From assembly GCA_019057375.1 (NCBI GenBank), contig DXJF01000040.1, positions 1 through 51,359 on the forward strand: a stretch of DNA of 51,359 nt, written 5' to 3'. The notes under the pieces are model-generated. The model was not told the DNA's origin. It was given only the letters and a program-made list of their open reading frames with translations, and did not search any database. Each line of letters opens with the position of its first letter. Position 1 is the stretch's first letter. Made by a program: the position numbers and the translations under genes. Positions 18,345-26,467 of this stretch are shown here, in pieces. This DNA is from Candidatus Heimdallarchaeota archaeon. GTDB lineage: Archaea > Asgardarchaeota > Heimdallarchaeia > Heimdallarchaeales > Heimdallarchaeaceae.

Positions 18345-18533
18345 CTATTTTCCATGATTGAATTTTCCTTGATTAAATTTGAACATAGCGTATTTCAGCT
18401 TTTTTTCCTCGTCATCAATGAACTTTGGATATTGAATCAAGATTTTGTCCAATTCTCTATTTAAATTCTTCAAGTCGTTATCCATTTTAGAGAGAATACC
18501 ATTCATTTCTTCTACAAGATTCTCTGGTTGCAT
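18345..18533 (-). CDS. Small coiled-coil hypothetical protein
   Basis: 62-aa ORF from ATG 18533 with heptad-like pattern. Confidence 0.45.
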   Translation of the reverse strand: MQPENLVEEMNGILSKMDNDLKNLNRELDKILIQYPKFIDDEEKKLKYAMFKFNQGKFNHGK

Positions 18534-18648
18534 GATAATAAAATAGAGAGACACTTTTATTTGTTATATAATACTCGTATATCATTGAGGAATATATTGT
18601 AATTATTTATTATGATTCTTAATTTAGCTATAATGTTTATTAGTAGAT

Positions 18649-18723
18649 AAGGAAATTACCATGTTTTCAAAGCTGTTATCTTGCAAACAGCTTATAATGG
18701 GATTACATGGAAACCCATTCCTT
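18649..18723 (-). ncRNA. Putative omega-RNA scaffold / element right-end structure of the TnpB-like gene
   Basis: Immediately after the stop: nested stems AAGGAA/TTCCTT, CCATGT/ACATGG, perfect AAGCTGTT/AACAGCTT hairpin, plus crossing AATGGG/CCCATT pairing. Confidence 0.55.
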
Positions 18724-18728
18724 AAAAC

Positions 18729-20936
18729 CTATAGTCTTAAGGGAATGATATTTCGTGATATATTTCCTAAGTTTCTAGCTGCATTCAAGTCACTATCTAA
18801 ACTTAAATTGCACATATTATTTCGACACTGGAAAAGTTTTCCTATTCTAATTCCCTCTTCTCCACACCAAGAGCAAATCTTTGAGCTTTTAAAAGGATTA
18901 GTTAAATAAATCCTTATTTTCTCTCTCCTAGCTAATTTAGAAGTAAACTGGATAATTTGGCTAAAGAACCAATGAACCTGCCAAGTTGATAGGAAAAACC
19001 CACCTTTCATCTTTGAGATATGTTTTGCCCACCTTAAGTCTTCAAAACGTATTGAATCTACATTATTGTACTTCGCAAATTCCACTATTCGTGTACTAAT
19101 TTGGTGAATTATCTCAGTATGAATATTTTGTATGCTCAACCAGCAAGATTTGTATTCTCTTCTTAAATACCAATATTCTTTAGTGTGGTTGTATTTTGGA
19201 TACTGTTTATTCTTTTTCCTTTTTAGCTTGTTCTTATTCTTCAATTTGGTTAGTCTTGCCTGAATAGAATACACTTTACATTGTAAATTCAATAACTTGG
19301 ATTTTAAGTTTGCATAATTAAAATATAGTTCCTTTTCTTTTGGTGATTTTTCATTTACATTAACGAACCATCTATCTTTTTTTCCGTTTATTTCTTTTTG
19401 ATCAAGGAATTTTCTTTGCAGTTCAATATTGCCTTGAGTAATACTCAAAGTAGCAAAAGTTTTCAAACCTAAATCACAATTGAGTATTTTTTGTTCTTCA
19501 AGTGGTTTTTCTTTTAGTAGCTTAGGTAAACGCTTCAAAAACGGAATAGCAAGTTTTAGCTTACTACCTCTAGCCATTAGTACACCACGAGAAGGAGTAG
19601 CTCCTCTTTTGATTAACTCATAAAAACGCTCTGGTTTTACTAGCTTATATTCACTTCTTATATTTGGATAGAAGGATAGAGAGATGTTTACTTCATTCTG
19701 ATTATAAATAAGTTTGTAAATCTGACCATCATCTATTCCGAGAGGAATTGAAGATTTTGTAAATTTTGGAGTTTTAAGATATTTCATTGGCTTTTCGATA
19801 AATTTCTGCAAAAAGATTCTCACTTTTGGAAGGTAAATGTGTTTTAACTGATTTATAGCTAGTCTAATTATATGGTAATTAATTAACCTGATATAAAATG
19901 AAATAAAGTCTTTCTTAAGATCTCCAGATAAATAAATACGAAGATTAAACTTATTGGGAAAAATAAGATGTTTCAGAAAAATATTAGAAGGTATTTTCCT
20001 ATTCTTATTTAATTGGTTTTCAATTTCTTTGAGTAACTTGTCCTTAGTCATATCATTATTAATTTTGTTTTTGAATCCAATCATCCAAAGCTCTTTCTTT
20101 AGCAACCATTCATCTGTTTCAACTGAGAGTAAGTCTTTTGTTTTGCATATTTGATAAACTACTTTAGTTAGATGTTGTTTATTTATTTTTGACAGATTAC
20201 CTTTTGACACAAGAATTTTTTTTATCCTTTTAAAACGACGAGTCAACATCGAAGAAGCTCTAGCACTGAATTTATTCAATAGTGTAGATTTGTAAACCTC
20301 CGAATATTGTTTCACAAGTATTTGTTTTATGTCTTCTTTTTGTATAGAAAATTCTATGAACAATTGCTGTAATTCTTTAAGAAGATGTTTTTTTAAGTGC
20401 AAAAAACAATTATTAATAACAAATGAAGACCAGTTTACTTTTTTCCTTGAATCTATTTTTTCCCTGATTTGTCTCATATATTCAATAGGTAGCAAAATCT
20501 TATACTTTAGAGAAGTATTCTTATTAAAATCACAATATTTCCAGTGTTCAAAATGCAAATCTAACCAAGTAGATTTTTCACTTAATGTTTGAGCTATTAA
20601 TGTATAAACACATTTAGTGCTCTTTGAATTTCTAATCGAGAAGTATGCATATTGTGCAGCACAGCGTACTAGTCTTTCTCTTATTTTTAATTGACGTAAA
20701 GCTTCCTTTAGTTTTGGTTGTTTAGTTACTCTTGTATAGAATTGTTTTACTGCTACCAAACTTTCGTTTTCGAATATTAAATCAGATAAATTTATTCCTT
20801 CTTTGATTAGTAAATTAACAGCAGAAGAGTGTTTATCAAAAACATCAGTATCAAGCTCCAACTCATTTTCTATAGATTCTATGTCAAATATTCTAGTAAT
20901 TATTTCTGTAGAGATTGAAGCCACCTTTGAAATCAT
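18729..20936 (-). CDS. tnpB: Large (735 aa) TnpB/Cas12-superfamily RNA-guided endonuclease
   Basis: RuvC-I LNCDLGLKTFAT, RuvC-II IRFEDL, SKICSWCG..FQC..C zinc finger, RuvC-III DSDLNAARNL; very basic; no tnpA or CRISPR adjacent. Confidence 0.88.
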   Translation of the reverse strand: MISKVASISTEIITRIFDIESIENELELDTDVFDKHSSAVNLLIKEGINLSDLIFENESLVAVKQFYTRVTKQPKLKEALRQLKIRERLVRCAAQYAYFSIRNSKSTKCVYTLIAQTLSEKSTWLDLHFEHWKYCDFNKNTSLKYKILLPIEYMRQIREKIDSRKKVNWSSFVINNCFLHLKKHLLKELQQLFIEFSIQKEDIKQILVKQYSEVYKSTLLNKFSARASSMLTRRFKRIKKILVSKGNLSKINKQHLTKVVYQICKTKDLLSVETDEWLLKKELWMIGFKNKINNDMTKDKLLKEIENQLNKNRKIPSNIFLKHLIFPNKFNLRIYLSGDLKKDFISFYIRLINYHIIRLAINQLKHIYLPKVRIFLQKFIEKPMKYLKTPKFTKSSIPLGIDDGQIYKLIYNQNEVNISLSFYPNIRSEYKLVKPERFYELIKRGATPSRGVLMARGSKLKLAIPFLKRLPKLLKEKPLEEQKILNCDLGLKTFATLSITQGNIELQRKFLDQKEINGKKDRWFVNVNEKSPKEKELYFNYANLKSKLLNLQCKVYSIQARLTKLKNKNKLKRKKNKQYPKYNHTKEYWYLRREYKSCWLSIQNIHTEIIHQISTRIVEFAKYNNVDSIRFEDLRWAKHISKMKGGFFLSTWQVHWFFSQIIQFTSKLARREKIRIYLTNPFKSSKICSWCGEEGIRIGKLFQCRNNMCNLSLDSDLNAARNLGNISRNIIPLRL

Positions 20937-21024
20937 ATGAACAAAATGATATTTAAAGTAGGCAAAAATTGATAATTGAACATATTGTTAGATTAAATTA
21001 CCCCCGTAATACACATTTTAGAGA

Positions 21025-21201
21025 CTATTGTTCTCTGTGTCCAGTAATTGTAGTTCGTATATCGGGTGAAAGGCATTCAGGACATACAGTTTTTGTGGTG
21101 AAAATTCCATCAATTTGCTCCTTTAAGGTCTTTTTCTCTTCATTGTTGAAACGATTCCCACAGTTATTACAGATAAATGCATCTGGTCTCTTCACTGACA
21201 T
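21025..21201 (-). CDS. Zinc-ribbon microprotein (58 aa, MSVKRPDAFICNNCG...VCPECLSPDI...)
   Basis: Manual translation; CNNC and CPEC pairs; below the ORF-track cutoff. Confidence 0.7.
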   Translation of the reverse strand: MSVKRPDAFICNNCGNRFNNEEKKTLKEQIDGIFTTKTVCPECLSPDIRTTITGHREQ

Positions 21202-21303
21202 GTAATCACTAGAACTAATATAAGACTATCAAAATATAACTTTTACTCTAAATAGAGAAAAAAAGTAGTAAAGGCTCATAATTCAACATTTGCTAGTATT
21301 GTT

Positions 21304-22161
21304 TCAATCGCTATCCTTTTTCTCCTTTCTTCTTGCATGGCTCTCTTTGATAGCCCTTTCTTTCTCATCTGTAAGGGTTTTTTCCAAATCCCCTAATCTT
21401 TTCTCAAGTTTTTCAATTGTTGAATCAAGTTCGGTATCTCTTTCTCTTCTAGATAATTCTGCTTGAACATTGTAAAGCATCATCATTTCTTGAAAAACCT
21501 CGATTAGCTGATCTGTTCTGTAAGGAGCTTTTATTACTCTCCAAGGTCTAAATTGTTCATCTGGTCGTTTCTCCATTGTTGATCTAAGTGTTAGCATCTC
21601 TTCTATCGATAATGTTATTCCTTCAGCTTTGAGTTTCTCTATATACTCATCCACTCTTTGATTAGTTTTTGGAGTAGTTTCATCATGTACTTTAGCCAAT
21701 TTTTTAGCTAGTTTCTCTTGTGGAGACACTAAACCAAGTTCAGATTTTCGAGAATCAAATTCTTTATCGACTGATGGCATGATTGCGGTTTCCAAGGCTG
21801 CGAGAATAGGATTGTAGTAACTGCCATAATATCTAGTTGTTAGTGTTTCTTGGATCCTAAGCAAGTCTTCGAGTGGCATCTTAGATAATTCTACAGGAGT
21901 GTATTTAGCTGAACGTACCTTAATCTGTTCATGTAACTCTCTATGCAAGGAGGATCCCGGATAGTCCTCATCATAGACTGTTTTCACAATAGTTTTTTCC
22001 ATTTTATCAACTCTTTCTTGTAATTCAACAATTCGTTTAACTCGTGATTTTTCCCAGGTTTGTCTTTCTTCCTTTTTGCGTTCACGATAGGCCTTTTTTC
22101 GTTCCGCGTCAGTAGCATATTTTTTGGGTCTTCCTGGTCTTCTTTTTTCTTCGTCATTCAT
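21304..22161 (-). CDS. AT-hook-like/basic-helix DNA-binding protein with coiled coils
   Basis: N-terminal RRPGRPKKYATDAERKKAYRERKK, long E/K/R heptads at both ends; ATG 22161 behind a GTGATT SD. Confidence 0.7.
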   Translation of the reverse strand: MNDEEKRRPGRPKKYATDAERKKAYRERKKEERQTWEKSRVKRIVELQERVDKMEKTIVKTVYDEDYPGSSLHRELHEQIKVRSAKYTPVELSKMPLEDLLRIQETLTTRYYGSYYNPILAALETAIMPSVDKEFDSRKSELGLVSPQEKLAKKLAKVHDETTPKTNQRVDEYIEKLKAEGITLSIEEMLTLRSTMEKRPDEQFRPWRVIKAPYRTDQLIEVFQEMMMLYNVQAELSRRERDTELDSTIEKLEKRLGDLEKTLTDEKERAIKESHARRKEKKDSD

Positions 22162-22179
22162 TTCAATCACTTTTAATTA

Positions 22180-22237
22180 CGTCTCGGGACAATATAACGT
22201 TTACCTAATCATATAAAAGTCTTTTTGTCCCGAGACG
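22180..22237. repeat. Perfect 13-bp inverted repeat CGTCTCGGGACAA-N32-TTGTCCCGAGACG flanking a TATA-like element
   Basis: Arms at 22180-22192 and 22225-22237; TTTTATAT (minus strand) at 22211-22218. Confidence 0.85.
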
Positions 22238-22294
22238 AAATTCTCAGACATCAATAGAGACAAGTTAGAAAGAGTAACGAAAGAGTGGGACATT

Positions 22295-22450
22295 TTAGTC
22301 AGAATGAAGCTTAAATCCACAATTCTTGCAGAACTTCCATGATGGATCAATTGGATGATGACATATCGGACAACGTTTTTCTTCCACATTCACTGTAGGT
22401 TTTTTAACTGCTTTAGTCACCCTAAATTTTTTTCCAGGAAGTTTATGCAT
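22295..22450 (-). CDS. Zinc-ribbon microprotein (51 aa, ...RCPICHHPIDPSWKFCKNCGFKL...)
   Basis: Manual translation; CPxC-x10-CxxCG; replaces the spurious track ORF 22201..22389. Confidence 0.72.
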   Translation of the reverse strand: MHKLPGKKFRVTKAVKKPTVNVEEKRCPICHHPIDPSWKFCKNCGFKLHSD

Positions 22451-22552
22451 ACTTATATTATTTTATTTCCGAATTATAAGTTTTGAGCCCAATTTAGTAA
22501 ATTCATTGAGATAAAAATATAAGTGGGGAATTTCAATAACTTCTGAAATTAC

Positions 22553-23434
22553 ATGCAAGTCAAATTAACAAATATAGTTGACAATACAACTCAAGATAAT
22601 AGTGATTTCATTCCATCAAGTGGTTTATCTTACTTATTTGAGTTAGAGGATAAGAAAATTCTGTTTGACGCAGGAGACCAGGGCATGGTACTTCGTCATA
22701 ATATGCAATTATTAGATATTGATCCTAAATCCATTGATACACTAGTTTTAAGTCATGGTCATTGGGACCATACTTTTGGTATTGAAGCATTAATGAATGC
22801 GAGAGGAGATGCACCTGTCCTTGAGATAATTGCTCACCCTTATGCTTTCAAAGAGAGAAGAGTAACTAAATTTGTTTTGAGAATTCTCGCTCTTTTAAAA
22901 TACAAGATATATAATTTCGGTTTTCCTAAACTATCCAGAGAAATCAGAGAAAAAATATCTTTAACCCCAGTAACTGAACCATTTGAGTTATCACCTTTCT
23001 TAACTACAATAGGTGAAATTTCTGAATGGAAAGAAAAACCTAGTAAAATTGATAAGCTGACAATAAAAATAGATAAGAAATTTGTTAAAGATGAGCTTCT
23101 AGATGATCTTTCTCTGATTTTAAAAACAAAAGAAGGTATTGTGTTGATTCTTGGCTGTGGTCATGCGGGAGTTCTAAATATCTGCTTACGAGCCAAAGAA
23201 ATTTATCCTGATGAAGACATCAAAATGATAATAGGTGGAACACATTTAGTTGCTCTATCAGAGGAAGAAGAGTTAGAATATGTTGCTAAAAAACTTGAAA
23301 AAGAATATAAAAAACCTATGCTCTATTTTAGTCACTGCACTGGTAAAAAAGCAATAAAATTCATGACTAATTATTTTGGAGAAAAAATTGTTAAGTCATT
23401 CAGAGTTGGAGATATTTTGACTTTCGAGTGCTAG
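22553..23434 (+). CDS. MBL-fold metallo-hydrolase (MJ0448-like family)
   Basis: GLSYL, LFDAG, SHGHWDH, GCGHAG, GGTHL, SHCTG. Confidence 0.88.
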   Translation: MQVKLTNIVDNTTQDNSDFIPSSGLSYLFELEDKKILFDAGDQGMVLRHNMQLLDIDPKSIDTLVLSHGHWDHTFGIEALMNARGDAPVLEIIAHPYAFKERRVTKFVLRILALLKYKIYNFGFPKLSREIREKISLTPVTEPFELSPFLTTIGEISEWKEKPSKIDKLTIKIDKKFVKDELLDDLSLILKTKEGIVLILGCGHAGVLNICLRAKEIYPDEDIKMIIGGTHLVALSEEEELEYVAKKLEKEYKKPMLYFSHCTGKKAIKFMTNYFGEKIVKSFRVGDILTFEC

Positions 23435-23628
23435 TAAAAGCTGCAAAGATGATTGCTGAAAAAGTAACAGAAACAAAGAATGGTAGAAGCATTTTTTGCT
23501 ATGCATAGAAGAAAGAAGATTTAGCTCAAGCAGTTTATGAGCTAATATCAACCTAACATATTTATTTTCTTCTTCTCCTTTGTTTCAGTTAAGCAAAGGG
23601 TTATAACGATTTTTTCTTACATTGAAAT

Positions 23629-24594
23629 ATGTCTTCACTAAAAACACAAATAGACTTAGCAGAAGTTGAAGAATTCTTAAGAAAAAACGTTAGTGTTGAC
23701 ATAGAAAATGTCGAAATGCTGAAAGGAGGAGAGATTTCTCAAGCATTTTCCTTTGATGACAACTCTAAGAGCTATGTAATAAAGATTCGAAGAGTTAGGA
23801 AACGATTTAGAAAAAAAGATCCCTTTGGTAAAGAAATCTCAGTAGCAGAAATTTTGAAGAAACAGGATATTCAAGTACCCATTCCAAATATCATCAAGTA
23901 TGGAATTTTTAAAGAAGTCGAAAGTGAAAAATTCGTATATTGTATTGTTGAAAAAGCTCCAGGAAAGTTTGTGCATCTTTCTCCAAAAGAAAAATTCAGT
24001 CTCATTGACAGATCTTTAATTGATGTTCTTTATCAAATTCACTCTGTTGATATTTCCTCAACCAAAGGTTATGGAAACTGGAATAAGTTGAATGAAGCTC
24101 CTTTGGGATCAATGAAGGAACACATTCTAGAGTTTATAGAAAGACAAAAAATTTACACAAATGACAAATTTTCAGAAGGAATTTTCGAAATAGATTTGTA
24201 CTTACAAGGTTCAACAAGAATAAAAGAACTAGTCAAATTCTGTTCAACTAAACGTTATTTGGTACATGCTGATTACGGATATGATAATGTTCTCGCTGAC
24301 GAAGATGGTAATATTACAGCTGTGTATGATTGGGAGCATTCTCTATTCGGTGATTTTGTTTATGATATAGCTTGGTTGGATTTCTGGCGTTTTCGGGTTG
24401 AAAATACTTACTCCCAATTGTATTATGAGAAGTACAAGGATTCAAGCAAAGTAGATTTTAAAAACTATAAAGAACGATTGCTATGCTACAAACTGTACAT
24501 AGGTATGACAGCTGCAGATTTCTTTAGTGAATCTAATCAAAAGGATAAATATCTTGAAGCGAAACAGTTGATACTTGAACTGCTTCAAAACTAA
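23629..24594 (+). CDS. Aminoglycoside phosphotransferase family protein, hygromycin kinase APH(4)-like
   Basis: GGEISQAFSF, VPIPNII, LVHADYGYDNVL, AVYDWEHSLFGDFVYDIA, RLLCYKLYIG. Confidence 0.82.
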   Translation: MSSLKTQIDLAEVEEFLRKNVSVDIENVEMLKGGEISQAFSFDDNSKSYVIKIRRVRKRFRKKDPFGKEISVAEILKKQDIQVPIPNIIKYGIFKEVESEKFVYCIVEKAPGKFVHLSPKEKFSLIDRSLIDVLYQIHSVDISSTKGYGNWNKLNEAPLGSMKEHILEFIERQKIYTNDKFSEGIFEIDLYLQGSTRIKELVKFCSTKRYLVHADYGYDNVLADEDGNITAVYDWEHSLFGDFVYDIAWLDFWRFRVENTYSQLYYEKYKDSSKVDFKNYKERLLCYKLYIGMTAADFFSESNQKDKYLEAKQLILELLQN

Positions 24595-24637
24595 TGAAAT
24601 CCAGAACAATTATTAACGCTTCATACTTTGTTAAATT

Positions 24638-25084
24638 ATGTCTGTAGAAAGGAATAAAGAAATAGGCAGATTATGGTTTGAGGAGATGTGGAGTAAACCT
24701 GATTTTGATATAGCTCGAGAAATCATTCATCCCGACTATGATCCAGAGTGGGTACATATTCCAAAAAAAGGACCAGAACAAGTTATATATGAAATGAAAT
24801 ACTTTAGATCGGCGTTTCATGAACTAAAATACAAGATTCAAAACATTATAGCTGATGAAAGTAAAGTCTGGGTCCATTATAAGGCATCGGCTATACATGG
24901 AGGAAACGCTTGGGGATTTGAACCAACAAATAAAAAAGTTGAGCTCGAAGCAATGGCAATTCTTGAAATCAACAAATATGGAAAAGTTACAAACAGTTGG
25001 GGAGCATTTTCGTTATTTGATATGCTTGTAGAACTTGAATTAGTTCCACCTTTATGGGAATTAAGTAAATACTTTCCAAAATAG
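24638..25084 (+). CDS. SnoaL-like ester cyclase family protein
   Basis: NKEIGRLWFEE, KGPEQ..FRSAF, IIADESKVW, G..PTNKKV pattern. Confidence 0.85.
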   Translation: MSVERNKEIGRLWFEEMWSKPDFDIAREIIHPDYDPEWVHIPKKGPEQVIYEMKYFRSAFHELKYKIQNIIADESKVWVHYKASAIHGGNAWGFEPTNKKVELEAMAILEINKYGKVTNSWGAFSLFDMLVELELVPPLWELSKYFPK

Positions 25085-25100
25085 AGATGAAGAAGGAAAA

Positions 25101-25256
25101 CTAGCTCTCTAATTTAGACACTGCTTCATCAATTTTTATTATTTTATTTTGTAAATCTTCTTTGCAATCTTTCAAGTGCTTAAGCTTTTTTTCCTTATCT
25201 TCGTTTCCAGTAAATTCTCCACAATTATGCTGTTTTCCTTTACAATCATCGTTCAT
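25101..25256 (-). CDS. Small 51-aa protein with Cys/His N-terminus and C-terminal coiled coil
   Basis: MNDDCKGKQHNCGEF..KLKHLKDCKEDLQNKIIKIDEAVSKLES; GAGGT SD 7 nt upstream; not in the ORF track. Confidence 0.65.
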   Translation of the reverse strand: MNDDCKGKQHNCGEFTGNEDKEKKLKHLKDCKEDLQNKIIKIDEAVSKLES

Positions 25257-25364
25257 TCTCTTAACCTCACTTTATTTTTTGAAGTGTTATTACTTTAGAT
25301 ACAAAAGTATTATATAAAAGGGTACACTAATGCTTCTTAAAGTAACTCTGATAATGTGAAGTAA

Positions 25365-25748
25365 ATGAATAAAATCAATGAGTATCCGTCTATAGTAAAA
25401 TGCACTCATGAACAAAATGGGTATCCTTGCTTCATACCAGCACAAAGAATTTTGAATCTAATTGGCAAGAAATGGAGCATTCAAATAATCAACGTCTTAA
25501 GTAATGGTAAGAAAGTTCGCTACAATGTCCTTAGGGAACTACTCCATAGAGGATGGAAAAAGAACAAAATCAGTGATGCAACGCTTTCAGCTCGTTTGAC
25601 TGAACTAACTGAGGAAGGTATTCTAATTCGCGAGATTCACCCTGAGATTCCACCAAAAGTGGAATATTCTCTCTCTGAAAAGGGTGAAGGGTTATCAGAA
25701 TCTCTTCAGCCTTTGATAGATTGGACAATAAAAGCATGTCACGAATAA
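25365..25748 (+). CDS. HxlR-family winged-helix transcriptional regulator
   Basis: CFIPAQRILNLIGKKWS, ISDATLSARLTEL, HPEIPPKVEYSLSEKG. Confidence 0.9.
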   Translation: MNKINEYPSIVKCTHEQNGYPCFIPAQRILNLIGKKWSIQIINVLSNGKKVRYNVLRELLHRGWKKNKISDATLSARLTELTEEGILIREIHPEIPPKVEYSLSEKGEGLSESLQPLIDWTIKACHE

Positions 25749-25820
25749 AACTCTCATATTTTATCATCAATAAGAGCAAACTTTTTTATCCTTCCAAATT
25801 AGAGATATTTTGACAAACAG

Positions 25821-26456
25821 ATGAATTTTGCAGATAATTGTAAAGAAGCAATCCTTAATGGAAATATAGAAGCAGCAGAAAAACTTGCTAACAAAGCAAT
25901 TGAAGATAAGATTGATGTTAACATTGCAATTGATGCCTTTTCACTGGCCATAAGAAAGGCGGGTGATTTGTTTGAAGAAGGAGAGTTCTTCTTGCCGGAA
26001 CTAATGCGTAGTGCTGAAGCTATGAAAGCAGCTATGACGATATTTAAACCGGTTTTAATGAAAGGAAAAGAGGATAGAAGCCTTGGTAAGGTTGTAATTG
26101 GTACCATTGAAGGAGATATTCATGATATTGGAAAGACTCTAGTAGCTTCTATGTTATCAGCAGAAGGGTTCGAAGTTTATGATCTTGGAGCAGATGTACC
26201 AATTAGCACGTTCATTGACAAAGCTGTAGAAGTTGAAGCACAGATTATCTGTATGTCAGCATTATTGACAACTACAATGATTGGTCAAAAGAAATTGATT
26301 GATCAGCTGAAGGAGAAGAAACTCCGAGATAAATTCAAGATTCTTATAGGGGGGGCGCCCATATCCAAAAAATGGGTTGAAGAGATTGGAGCAGATGGAT
26401 CGGCTGAAAATGCTGTCAGTGCAGTTAAATTGGCAAGAAAAGTATTAGGTAGATAG
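25821..26456 (+). CDS. Corrinoid (cobalamin-binding) methyl-carrier protein (MttC/MtbC/MetH cap+Cob type)
   Basis: FFLPELMRSA cap domain, GTIEGDIHDIGK (DxHxxG), MSALLTTTM, IGGAP. Confidence 0.92.
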   Translation: MNFADNCKEAILNGNIEAAEKLANKAIEDKIDVNIAIDAFSLAIRKAGDLFEEGEFFLPELMRSAEAMKAAMTIFKPVLMKGKEDRSLGKVVIGTIEGDIHDIGKTLVASMLSAEGFEVYDLGADVPISTFIDKAVEVEAQIICMSALLTTTMIGQKKLIDQLKEKKLRDKFKILIGGAPISKKWVEEIGADGSAENAVSAVKLARKVLGR

Positions 26457-26467
26457 GAGGTTTCCTT

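Noticed and set aside
18626-18638. Putative guide matching 24841-24853 (AAACATTATAGCT) in the SnoaL gene
   Set aside because: Only 13 nt, AT-rich, a common N-I-I-A codon string (near-match also around 47209); compatible with chance and the guide boundary is unknown
20997-21010. ATTAC-CCCC-GTAAT mini-hairpin as IS200/IS605 left end
   Set aside because: Only 5 bp; no matching right-end hairpin or transposase to support it
18200-22550. CRISPR array or cas genes near the large TnpB (type V system)
   Set aside because: No regularly spaced direct repeats or cas1/cas2/cas4 seen here or anywhere in the window
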